Part shown: piece after piece, positions 37,235 through 45,705 of the stretch
How positions within the stretch are numbered: the first letter of the stretch is position 1
Layout: each line of letters begins with the position of its first letter
Assembly: GCA_963634745.1 (NCBI GenBank)
Contig: CAVHCX010000003.1
Span: forward strand, 66,435 to 130,434
DNA: 64,000 nt
Source of the DNA: Clostridium sp. CAG:343
Lineage (GTDB): Bacteria; Bacillota; Clostridia; Lachnospirales; Lachnospiraceae
Direction of reading: 5' to 3'
Made by a program: the position numbers and the translations under genes
Notes under the pieces: generated by a model
What the model was told of the DNA's origin: nothing
Database searches by the model: none
The model's input: the letters and a program-made list of their open reading frames with translations, nothing else

Positions 37235-38964
37235 GCTCCACCATCCTCATTTCTATTCACCGGCAAATAGATGGTTGCCTGTGTTCCCTCTTCACTGCTT
37301 TCTAAAGAAAACTTTGCCTGTGTTCCATAATATAATCTCAGCCGCTCCTGAATATTGGGGATTCCTACGGCTGTCAGTCCCTTGGTCTTCTTTTCCTTGG
37401 GATTTAACAAATCTTCCATTTGCTCCTTGGTCATGCCTCTTCCGTTATCCTTAACCTTCAGATAAAGTCTGGAGCCGGAGGTGTAGGCCTGGATTTCCAA
37501 ATGTTTTCTGCCGCTTTTTAAATCCAGGCCGTGGATCAGAGAATTCTCCACCAAGGGCTGCAGGATGAGTCTCGGAATCAGGCATTGTTCCGCCTCTCTT
37601 TCCACTTGGAAGGCCACTTCATAGACCTCCCCATTTCGAAATTCCTGTAAATGAATATAATTTTCCAATACCTGTCTTTCTTCCGCTACCGTTAGAAAGG
37701 CGCCTTTTTTTCGAATACAGGTTTGGAGCAATTCCACAAAGTCTCCGATCACTCCTGCGATCTCCTTTTCCCCTCGGATCATGGCATAAAATTTTATAGA
37801 GTTTAAGGTATTGTACATAAAATGTGGGGTAATCTGGTATTGGAGGGCCTCCAACTCGGCATCTTTTTTCTTCTTTTCCTCCCGGATCAGCTGTTCAATC
37901 AATTTTTCGATCTGGTCTAACATGCGGTTAAACTCTTCCGCCGCCAGACCGATCTCGTCTCTTGATACCACCTCTGCCCTGGTATTTAGGTCTCCTCCTG
38001 CAATATCCTTCATGGCATCCATAAGCTTTCTTACGGGCCGGTATACGATTCTGGAAATGTAGGCTGCTGCCAGTATCGCCAAGGCGCCCAAGGCCACCGT
38101 CACTGCCACAATATATTTCCGCATGGTCCTCAAGTCGTTTAATACCATACTTTTCTTGGCACTTACAAAAATTCCGCATTCTGAGAAGCTTCCCTGGCAG
38201 TAAATATAGATCGTTTCGTCATCCGCCCCAACCACATTGGAAAGCCCTATATAGCTTTTATATTTTTTCACCGGAAAGGTCTCCCCCATATGGGATAGCT
38301 CCCTGTCTGCAATAATCTTCCCATCCCGAATCAGCTCCATCTGGTCCAGCTCTGCGTTGGCCGGGTCTTCCAGGTAGGCATAGCTTAAATTCTGCTCCTC
38401 GATATTGGCACACAGGTATCCTAAGAGGCTTCCGTCGTCTGCTGTCACTTCCTCGGCAAATTCCAACAAATTTCCGCTATCATGAGCCAGATCCTCGGAA
38501 ATAAAAGGGCCGCCATTTTCCTTTGCCAGGTCTTCAAAATCCTTTATCTCTTTCTCCTCTAATTTGCTTTTGTAGACCGGGTAATCTAAAGAAGTCACCA
38601 CTTGTTTTTCCTCAGGAATCACCAGATACATGCTGGAAATTTTCTGATCCATGTCGGAAAATGTACGAAGCCTTGTGGAGATTTCATTTAAGTGATTCTC
38701 ATCCTTATCTTTTAAATAAGCCTCCAACTCTTCTGTAATTTGACTGTCGTAGGAGGCCTTGATGGTAATATTACAGACGTCTTTTAACATATCGTCTATG
38801 GTATCTGTCAAAAGCCTAATCCTCTGACTCAGGACAGTTACATAATTTTCCTCAATCATCCGGGAGGACCTTCCATAAAATATGAAAGCCATTGTCACCG
38901 CTGTAAGTAAGGTGATCCCTGTGATGGCAAGCAGAACTTTACTTCTTATACTCCTGACTTTCAT
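37231..38964 (-). CDS. sensor histidine kinase, YesM type (TM, ~260-aa extracytoplasmic domain, TM, HAMP, His_kinase, HATPase_c)
   Basis: Shows QITPHFMYNTLNSI, the N box QPLVENSLIHG and the G box DNGRGM. Its start overlaps the upstream binding-protein gene by 26 nt. Confidence 0.9.
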   Translation of the reverse strand: MKVRSIRSKVLLAITGITLLTAVTMAFIFYGRSSRMIEENYVTVLSQRIRLLTDTIDDMLKDVCNITIKASYDSQITEELEAYLKDKDENHLNEISTRLRTFSDMDQKISSMYLVIPEEKQVVTSLDYPVYKSKLEEKEIKDFEDLAKENGGPFISEDLAHDSGNLLEFAEEVTADDGSLLGYLCANIEEQNLSYAYLEDPANAELDQMELIRDGKIIADRELSHMGETFPVKKYKSYIGLSNVVGADDETIYIYCQGSFSECGIFVSAKKSMVLNDLRTMRKYIVAVTVALGALAILAAAYISRIVYRPVRKLMDAMKDIAGGDLNTRAEVVSRDEIGLAAEEFNRMLDQIEKLIEQLIREEKKKKDAELEALQYQITPHFMYNTLNSIKFYAMIRGEKEIAGVIGDFVELLQTCIRKKGAFLTVAEERQVLENYIHLQEFRNGEVYEVAFQVEREAEQCLIPRLILQPLVENSLIHGLDLKSGRKHLEIQAYTSGSRLYLKVKDNGRGMTKEQMEDLLNPKEKKTKGLTAVGIPNIQERLRLYYGTQAKFSLESSEEGTQATIYLPVNRNEDGGA

Positions 38965-39922
38965 CTTTTTTTGTATACTCCTTTATATTGTCTTTGGTCA
39001 GTATTTTTGCCTCCAGATAATAATTTTTTTCAGGATCTTCTCCCTTCCTGAGCCGGTCAAGATAGTGGATGGTCTCGTAGCCAATCTCATAACCGGACTG
39101 GGCGGCCAGGGCAGCAATCTGCCCTTCTTCCACTGCCTTTAAAGTATCTTCCTGCTCATCAAAGGCTACGATCTGAATCCCGCTATCCTTCAACTCATCC
39201 ACAAGTCCCATGGCTGTCACACCGCTGGTCGCCATAATACCTTTTATTTCCGGATAGGTTTCCATTAAATCTCTTACCTTCTTCTCCGACATTTGCATAT
39301 TGGCATAACCGCCTTCTACAAAGCCAAACTCCATATTAGGCTCTGATTTCATGTATTCTTTGAATCCTTCCACCCGCTCCCTATGTCCTTTTTGGCTTAG
39401 GTCTCCGGATACGATCCCCACCTGACCTTCATGACCCAGGGCCTTGGCCAGTTCTTTTGCCAGCTCATAGCCTGCCTTATAATTATCGATGCCAATGTAG
39501 GGAAGGGTTTCATCCCCCATAGCATTGTCAAAATTTACGGCTGTAATCTCTTTTTCTTTAATTTCCTGCAAATAGTCCGGCGTCGTATAAGAATCAACAG
39601 GAGCGATGGCCAAGGCATCTACATTCTGCTTAATCAGCTTTTCAACCTGCTTTTCCTGGACCTTTACATCCACCTCGGAATCCGGGGAAAGGGTAATTAC
39701 ATCCATATCATACTGGTCTGCGGCATTCTCCATACCGGAGCATACCGACATCCAGTACTGGCTGGTGTTGGACTTTATTACAACTCCTACCACATAGCGG
39801 TCTTCCCGCTTTTCATAGGAGGCATTCCCCTGGCATCCGGAGCAAAGAAAGGCCAGCACAAGCCCTAAAATTCCTAGGATTCCCAGATTTTTCCCTAGTT
39901 TTTTTCCCTTCATATTCTGCAC
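38939..39922 (-). CDS. periplasmic-binding-protein type I (RbsB/LacI-fold) sugar-binding lipoprotein, orphan (no cognate permease or ATPase nearby)
   Basis: 327 aa. Signal peptide ending FLCSGC, then a Peripla_BP_4-like fold (VGVVIKSNTSQYWMSV...DALAIAPVD...YIGIDNYKAGYELAKEL...GIVSG). Confidence 0.8.
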   Translation of the reverse strand: MQNMKGKKLGKNLGILGILGLVLAFLCSGCQGNASYEKREDRYVVGVVIKSNTSQYWMSVCSGMENAADQYDMDVITLSPDSEVDVKVQEKQVEKLIKQNVDALAIAPVDSYTTPDYLQEIKEKEITAVNFDNAMGDETLPYIGIDNYKAGYELAKELAKALGHEGQVGIVSGDLSQKGHRERVEGFKEYMKSEPNMEFGFVEGGYANMQMSEKKVRDLMETYPEIKGIMATSGVTAMGLVDELKDSGIQIVAFDEQEDTLKAVEEGQIAALAAQSGYEIGYETIHYLDRLRKGEDPEKNYYLEAKILTKDNIKEYTKKDESQEYKK

Positions 39923-39923
39923 T

Positions 39924-39949
39924 TCCTATATTCCCTATATGCCCTATAT
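39924..39949 (-). repeat. three tandem 9-bp repeats ATATAGGGN directly upstream of the binding-protein start
   Basis: Minus strand reads ATATAGGGC ATATAGGGA ATATAGGAA, ending 1 nt before the annotated ATG at 39922. This lies in the 38-bp lacI-SBP spacer. Confidence 0.8.
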
Positions 39950-39961
39950 AGTTATAGTGAC

Positions 39962-40993
39962 TTAAATATTATATTTTGTCTTGATATCAATACCGGTATA
40001 GAAAAATTCCTTCTCCGGCGGGTTTTCGTTGAGCAAGAGGTCGGCTAGAATTCTCTGGGGCCTGTAGCCTTGCTCAAAGCCATTCTGATCGATCAGAAAA
40101 TCTGCCACATTTTCTTTTAACAATTTCTCATTCTTCTTGGTCTGATCGTAGATAACCACGTAGGGCCGCTGGTCTACGCCAAGATTTTTAAAGGCTTCCA
40201 CAATGCCTTCCTGGCCTCCGGATACTACGAAGATTCCATTGATCCCGGAGATGCTCATCATGGCATTTTCAATAATTTTTCGAACTTCCTCTGTATTATT
40301 AAAGCTTCCCTGGACGCCGGCAATCTCTAGCTTGGGAGATATCTTTTTAATTTCCTCCACAAAACCGTCCACCCGAGAATTATTTAGCATGCTACTAAAA
40401 TATCCGGTAATTACCAGGATCTTTCCAACTCCCCTGGTCATCATGCCAAAGAGGCCTGCTGCGGTCTGACCGCTCAGTTTATTGTCCATTCCCACAAAAG
40501 AGCAGCGCTTGGTTCCCACAATATCCGAGTTAAAGGTTACCACTGGGATCTTCTTCTCATTGATCAGCCAATTTAGCTTTTCTCTGATGGCCTCGGAATC
40601 CACCGGCATCAGGGCCAGTCCCTGAATGCCCGCCTTTACAAGCTCATCAATTGCACGCAGCTGTTCTTCCTCATGGACCGAAGCATTTTCCTTTACTAAA
40701 ACCTCGATTCCAAGATCTTCCAACTCCTTCTTTCCCGTCTGAATGCCCCTTTTAATCTCCAGCATAAAAGAGGAACCTGACAGCTGGGTGACAATTCCAA
40801 TCTTTTTCTTTCCGGCAGGATTTTTCTGTCTTTTTCTGGCCTTATGGACATAGCCCATCTCCTCTGCGGTGCGCTTTACCATCTCTGCTACCTCAGGGTT
40901 TATCCGCCCCCTGTTATTTAGGGCCCGGTCTACCGTCCCCCTGGAAACTCCTGTTTTATCTGCAATCTGCTGTATCGTAACTGCCATAGCCAC
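39962..40993 (-). CDS. LacI-family transcriptional regulator
   Basis: N-terminal HTH (VTIQQIADKTGVSRGTVDRALNNRGRINPEVAEMV) followed by a Peripla_BP-type effector domain. Confidence 0.9.
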   Translation of the reverse strand: MAMAVTIQQIADKTGVSRGTVDRALNNRGRINPEVAEMVKRTAEEMGYVHKARKRQKNPAGKKKIGIVTQLSGSSFMLEIKRGIQTGKKELEDLGIEVLVKENASVHEEEQLRAIDELVKAGIQGLALMPVDSEAIREKLNWLINEKKIPVVTFNSDIVGTKRCSFVGMDNKLSGQTAAGLFGMMTRGVGKILVITGYFSSMLNNSRVDGFVEEIKKISPKLEIAGVQGSFNNTEEVRKIIENAMMSISGINGIFVVSGGQEGIVEAFKNLGVDQRPYVVIYDQTKKNEKLLKENVADFLIDQNGFEQGYRPQRILADLLLNENPPEKEFFYTGIDIKTKYNI

Positions 40994-41025
40994 ACTCCTA
41001 ACTCCTAACGAACTTTAATAGGATT

Positions 41026-41034
41026 ATTATAGCA
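41026..41034 (-). promoter_or_regulatory. extended -10 (TGCTATAAT) for the LacI-family gene
   Basis: Minus strand has TGCTATAAT about 30 nt upstream of the ATG at 40993. The -35 position overlaps the right arm of the 41050-41074 palindrome. Confidence 0.45.
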
Positions 41035-41044
41035 TCTTTTATTA

Positions 41045-41079
41045 GAAAAAGCACGCAATATTACTCTGCGTGCTTTTTT
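41045..41079. terminator. iolA terminator / palindromic AGCACGCA-N9-TGCGTGCT element
   Basis: AAAAAGCACGCAatattactcTGCGTGCTTTTTT: an 8-bp stem with flanking A and T runs. Confidence 0.8.
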
Positions 41080-41128
41080 CTTATATGCTATATGGGAGCC
41101 CTGCAAATCGGATGCTCCGGACTTGTTC

Positions 41129-42646
41129 CTAGGCCTCTGTGCTGCCTTCCCAGGTTCCAACCTTTCTGGCTCCTGCATTTTCATCAAACCAGTGAGTTGT
41201 AACTGTTTTTGCTCTTGTAAAGAAGCGATATCCATCTCTTCCCAAAACATGGAGGTCGCCAAAGAAGGAATCTTTGTTTCCTGAGAATGGGAAGTAAGCG
41301 GTAGGTACCGGAATTCCCACATTGATTCCAACCATTCCTCCATCGGTATCCATAGCAAATCTGCGGCTGTAGTATCCACTCTGGGTGAAGATACAAGATC
41401 CGTTTGCAAATGGATTTGCATTCATAATGGCAATTCCTTCTTCATAGTCTTTTACACGCTTGATGCAGGTTACAGGTCCAAAGATCTCTCTGTCTCCTAC
41501 TGTCATGCCTGGTTTTACATGGTCTAAAATGGTAGGTCCTACAAAGAAGCCATTTTCATATCCCGGAACCTTTACATCTCTTCCGTCTAGTACTAATTCT
41601 GCTCCCTCGTCGATACCCTTCTGGATCCAGTCGCAGATCTTTGCCTTATGGCCTGCATTTACAACCGGTCCCAAATCTGTAGCCTCATCATAGGCACATC
41701 CAAGCTTCATAGCCTCTGCTTTTTTCTTAAGAAGAGCCACAAATTCATCTGCGATGCTTTCCTGTACACATACAACCGGAAGAGCCATACATCTCATACC
41801 TGCACATCCATAGGTAGAGTTAATAATTGCATTTACGCTGGCTTCTAGATTGCAATCCTCTAAAACAAGTGCATGGTTCTTGGCCTCTGTCTGTGCCTGC
41901 ACACGCTTTCCATGCTCTGCTGCCTTAGAGTATACCTGCTTACCTACACCTGTGGTTCCTACAAAGGTAACTGCCTTTACTCTCTCATCGGTAAGAAGGA
42001 TATCTGCCTCCACACGGCTGCAGGTAACCAAGTTAACAACTCCCTTTGGAAAGCCTCCTTCTTCATAGAAAAGTTCCATAATTCTCATAGCTGTCAACGG
42101 TGTCTGTGAGCTTGCCTTTAATACAACGGTATTTCCACAAGCAATAGAAAGGGGAACCATCCAGCCCCAAGGAATCATTGCCGGGAAGTTCATTGGAACG
42201 ATACCTGCAGTTACTCCTAATGGGAATCTGTAGCTGGCTGTATCATAGTTGGTAGTTACCTGCATGGCCGCATCTCCCTGGATCATAGCCGGAAGGGCAC
42301 ATGCTTCTTCTGTAGGCTCAATGGCCTTCTGTACATCTCCTCTTGCCTCTTTAATATTCTTTCCAAGTTCCTTTGCACAGAGAACAGAAAGTTCCTCCTT
42401 GTGTGCGTATAATACATCTCTCCACTTAAACATATACTGCTGTCTCTTTGCCAAGGAAAGCTTAGACCATGCCGGGAATGCAGCCTGGGCGGAAGCGATT
42501 GCCTCGTCTACTTCTTCTGCGGTACAGCAAGGAACCTTAGCGATTACCTCTCCTGTACTGGAATCTGTAACATCCATATACTTTTCTGTCTTAGACTCTT
42601 TCCACTCACCGTTTACACAATAACCCATTTTCTTAATTTCACTCAT
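41129..42646 (-). CDS. iolA: CoA-acylating methylmalonate/malonate-semialdehyde dehydrogenase
   Basis: 505 aa ALDH-family protein with catalytic Cys context GCAGMRCMA and the N-terminus KMGYCVNGEWKES. Last gene of the iol operon. Confidence 0.85.
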   Translation of the reverse strand: MSEIKKMGYCVNGEWKESKTEKYMDVTDSSTGEVIAKVPCCTAEEVDEAIASAQAAFPAWSKLSLAKRQQYMFKWRDVLYAHKEELSVLCAKELGKNIKEARGDVQKAIEPTEEACALPAMIQGDAAMQVTTNYDTASYRFPLGVTAGIVPMNFPAMIPWGWMVPLSIACGNTVVLKASSQTPLTAMRIMELFYEEGGFPKGVVNLVTCSRVEADILLTDERVKAVTFVGTTGVGKQVYSKAAEHGKRVQAQTEAKNHALVLEDCNLEASVNAIINSTYGCAGMRCMALPVVCVQESIADEFVALLKKKAEAMKLGCAYDEATDLGPVVNAGHKAKICDWIQKGIDEGAELVLDGRDVKVPGYENGFFVGPTILDHVKPGMTVGDREIFGPVTCIKRVKDYEEGIAIMNANPFANGSCIFTQSGYYSRRFAMDTDGGMVGINVGIPVPTAYFPFSGNKDSFFGDLHVLGRDGYRFFTRAKTVTTHWFDENAGARKVGTWEGSTEA

Positions 42647-42723
42647 TTTTTCTTCTCTCTTTCTTTTTATTTCAAACCCTTTGTTTATATAAAATCAGCC
42701 ACGACAGCGATTGATTTTTTTCT

Positions 42724-43584
42724 TTACGCATCTACCTGATCTAAAGGCCTCCTGCAGTTAAATACTTCGATATGATGTCTCACATTTTCGTAGGTCCCCT
42801 GTACCATAGCTAGGTTTAGATCAAAATAATTATGAGACCCTTCGGTCTTTAGATATTCTTCGGCATATTTAGTCAGCCGGTTAAAACTTGCTGTTGCAAT
42901 ATTGACTTTTACAATTCCAAGTTCAATGGCCTTTCTAAAATCAGCATCTGTAATCCCGCTTCCTCCGTGAAGTACCAGCGGGATACCTGTCTTATCATAA
43001 ATTTCCGCTAAGACATCAAAGGCAAGTTTTGGTGCCACCGGATAATTACCATGGGCATTTCCAATGGCTACTGCCAGGGCGTCGATACCGGTTTTTTCTA
43101 CAAAGATCTTTGCATCCTCCGGATTGGTGCAGCGGATTCCGTGATCCTCACTGCCATCCTCGCTTCCGCCTACTAATCCAAGCTCAGCCTCCACAGTTGC
43201 TCCATATTCCTCTGCCAGTTTTACTACCTCAAGGGTACGGTCTATATTTTCTTCAAAAGGATAGGTAGAACTGTCAAACATTACAGATGTAAATCCTAGG
43301 TCCAAGGCTTTTTTTACGGTCTCTAGGGTAAGACCGTGATCTAGGTGGACTGCCACATCCACCTTGGCTTCCTTTGCAGCCTCTACCATCATAGGCCCCA
43401 TAAGACCTAGGGGCGAATGCTTTAATCTCACCTCTGCGATCTGTAAAATAAGAGGAGTATCCAGTTCTTCTGCTGCCTGGATGGCGCCTTTTACCATCTC
43501 CATATTTCCAACACTGAAGGCTCCCACTCCTCTGTGAGCTGCTTTTGCATCCTCCAACAATTTTTTCATAGTTACCAGTGCCAT
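42724..43584 (-). CDS. iolJ: class II aldolase, 6-phospho-5-dehydro-2-deoxy-D-gluconate aldolase type
   Basis: 286 aa. The N-terminus MALVTMKKLLEDAKAAHRGVGAFSVGN resembles B. subtilis IolJ (MAFVSMKELLEDAKREQYAIGQFNING). The H-rich metal site VHLDHG and LHGGSG are present. Confidence 0.75.
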   Translation of the reverse strand: MALVTMKKLLEDAKAAHRGVGAFSVGNMEMVKGAIQAAEELDTPLILQIAEVRLKHSPLGLMGPMMVEAAKEAKVDVAVHLDHGLTLETVKKALDLGFTSVMFDSSTYPFEENIDRTLEVVKLAEEYGATVEAELGLVGGSEDGSEDHGIRCTNPEDAKIFVEKTGIDALAVAIGNAHGNYPVAPKLAFDVLAEIYDKTGIPLVLHGGSGITDADFRKAIELGIVKVNIATASFNRLTKYAEEYLKTEGSHNYFDLNLAMVQGTYENVRHHIEVFNCRRPLDQVDA

Positions 43585-43596
43585 TTTTTTACTCCT

Positions 43597-44481
43597 TTAT
43601 AGCAATCCAAATTTTTCCATTTCTCTCTTTAAAAGTTCTGTATGTGCATCCTCCAACTCTGTAAGAGGTGCTCGTACGGTTCCTTTACAAAGCCCCATAA
43701 GCTCTACCGCCTTCTTTACCGGTATTGGATTTACCTCTGAGAATAAAGCATTGATCAAAGGAAGGGCCTTTAATTGAAGGGCCAGACTTTCTTTTACCTT
43801 TCCGTCCAGGTAAAGTTTGCAGATATCATGGGCCTGTCTCGGCGCTACATTAGATAATACAGAGATTACTCCCTTGCCTCCTAGGGACATAAGCGGCACG
43901 ATCTGGTCATCATTTCCGGAATAAAGGTCTAATTTCCCATCGGTCAAGTCCATCATCTTTGCGATGTTGGAGAAATCTCCACTGGCTTCCTTGATTGCCA
44001 CGATATTATCCACATGGTTTACAAGATGGGCCACAGTGGCCGCCTCCATCTTGCAGCCGGTTCTTCCCGGAATGTTATAAAGAACCACCGGCACCTTAGC
44101 AGCCTCTGCCACCTGGGTGAAATGGGCGATCATTCCTTTCTGGGTGGCCTTGTTGTAATAAGGGGTTACCACCAAGACCCCGTCCACCCCATAGCCTGCT
44201 GCCTCCTTGGATAATTCCATGGCGGTTCTGGTACAATTAGAACCGGTTCCTGCAATAACGGGAATTCTTCCTCTGGTTCTCTCCACAGTGAACTTCACGC
44301 ATTCCATATGTTCTCTCTCTGACAGGGTTGCTGCCTCCCCGGAGGTTCCGCAGATTACAATGCTGTCAGTTCCGTTTTCACAGTGAAAATCTATTAATTC
44401 ATCTAATCGGTCATAATCCACCGATTCATCTTCTTTAAAAGGTGTGACAATTGCCACTCCTGCGCCTGTAAATATAGCCAT
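43597..44481 (-). CDS. 4-hydroxy-tetrahydrodipicolinate synthase family (DapA/DHDPS-like class I aldolase)
   Basis: 294 aa. Shows GTSGE, TPYYNK, YNIPGRTG (Tyr133/Arg138 equivalents), the Schiff-base Lys in AIKEASG, and NPIPVK. Confidence 0.8.
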   Translation of the reverse strand: MAIFTGAGVAIVTPFKEDESVDYDRLDELIDFHCENGTDSIVICGTSGEAATLSEREHMECVKFTVERTRGRIPVIAGTGSNCTRTAMELSKEAAGYGVDGVLVVTPYYNKATQKGMIAHFTQVAEAAKVPVVLYNIPGRTGCKMEAATVAHLVNHVDNIVAIKEASGDFSNIAKMMDLTDGKLDLYSGNDDQIVPLMSLGGKGVISVLSNVAPRQAHDICKLYLDGKVKESLALQLKALPLINALFSEVNPIPVKKAVELMGLCKGTVRAPLTELEDAHTELLKREMEKFGLL

Positions 44482-44520
44482 CTTTTTACCTCTCTATCTT
44501 CCCGATATACTCAAACCACT

Positions 44521-45675
44521 CTACTCCCAAAGTTTTCTGTACATCTGCTCCACATCTTCCTTACTGATCGCACGCTGGGTATTCTGAGGACTTCCGCTGT
44601 CCATGGCGTCGTAAGCCATTTTCTCAATTACTTCAAAGAATTTTTCCTTATCAATTCCAAACTCTGCAAGGCTTGGAGTCTCTAATTCTTCTGTCAAAGC
44701 AACCACCGCCTCTAAGAATTTCTCACTGGCTTCCCTGTCAGAATCCTTTGCACTTGCAACTCCAATGGCTCTTCCCAAATCTGCAAACCTGTCATAGGCT
44801 CCTTCTAAGGCAAAGCTTAGACACACTTTCATCAACATGGCATTGGAAAGTCCGTGGGCCACATGGAACAAGGCTCCGATGGGGCGGCTCATGCCGTGGA
44901 TTAATGTCACTGAAGAATTGTTAAATGCAATTCCTGCTTCCAGAGCTGCCACAGACATCTGTACTCTTGCTTCCTCATTCTTTCCATCGTGGAAGGCCAC
45001 CGGAAGGAACTTGAAAATCCTTTTTACAGCTGACAGGGCAAATGTGTCAGATAATGTCTGGGCTTTTCTGGATGTATAGGCTTCTACTGCATGGCACAAT
45101 GCATCAAGCCCGGTTGCTGCTGTTATTTTCGGAGGTGCTGTCATAGTGAATTGTGGATCAATGATAGCTAATGAAGGAATGAGCACTTTGCCTTTCAGCA
45201 GCATCTTAACGTCTTTTTTTGTATCTGTAATAATCGTAAACTGGGTAGCCTCTGAGCCGGTTCCTGCTGTTGTCGGAATGGCTACCATTGGTGGCATCTT
45301 AACGTCAATGACCTTTCCCATATAATCAGAAATACTTCCACCATTTTCCACCAAAGACCCGATGGCCTTCATAGAATCAATGGGACTTCCGCCACCTAAG
45401 GCTATCAAAAAATCACAAGCTTCTTCTTTGTACAAGGCCAAACCTTTTTCGATCATAACATCGGTTGGCTCTCCTGCAATTTCAGAGTAGATGGTATAAG
45501 CTACCCCCTGGCTTTTTAATGCATTTTCTACTTTTGCACAATTTCCCAGATCGATCATAACTTTATCCGTTACGATCATCGCCTTCTTTCCAAGACATCC
45601 CAGGCTTTCCTGTGCCATATCAAGTGCTCCTGATCCGGAAATCATCTGTCCCGGTACAATAAATTCTCTTGCCAT
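44521..45675 (-). CDS. iron-containing (group III) alcohol dehydrogenase
   Basis: 384 aa. Shows GGGSPIDSMKAIG and the His-rich metal site (LCHAVEAYTS, HGMSRPIGALFHVAHG). Confidence 0.85.
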   Translation of the reverse strand: MAREFIVPGQMISGSGALDMAQESLGCLGKKAMIVTDKVMIDLGNCAKVENALKSQGVAYTIYSEIAGEPTDVMIEKGLALYKEEACDFLIALGGGSPIDSMKAIGSLVENGGSISDYMGKVIDVKMPPMVAIPTTAGTGSEATQFTIITDTKKDVKMLLKGKVLIPSLAIIDPQFTMTAPPKITAATGLDALCHAVEAYTSRKAQTLSDTFALSAVKRIFKFLPVAFHDGKNEEARVQMSVAALEAGIAFNNSSVTLIHGMSRPIGALFHVAHGLSNAMLMKVCLSFALEGAYDRFADLGRAIGVASAKDSDREASEKFLEAVVALTEELETPSLAEFGIDKEKFFEVIEKMAYDAMDSGSPQNTQRAISKEDVEQMYRKLWE

Positions 45676-45705
45676 AGTGATCTACTCCTTTTCTCTATCT
45701 TTTAG

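Noticed and set aside
41005-41421. 138-aa minus-strand ORF overlapping the 3' end of iolA in another frame
   Set aside because: It is an alternative-frame artefact. It spans the iolA terminator and has no start signals.
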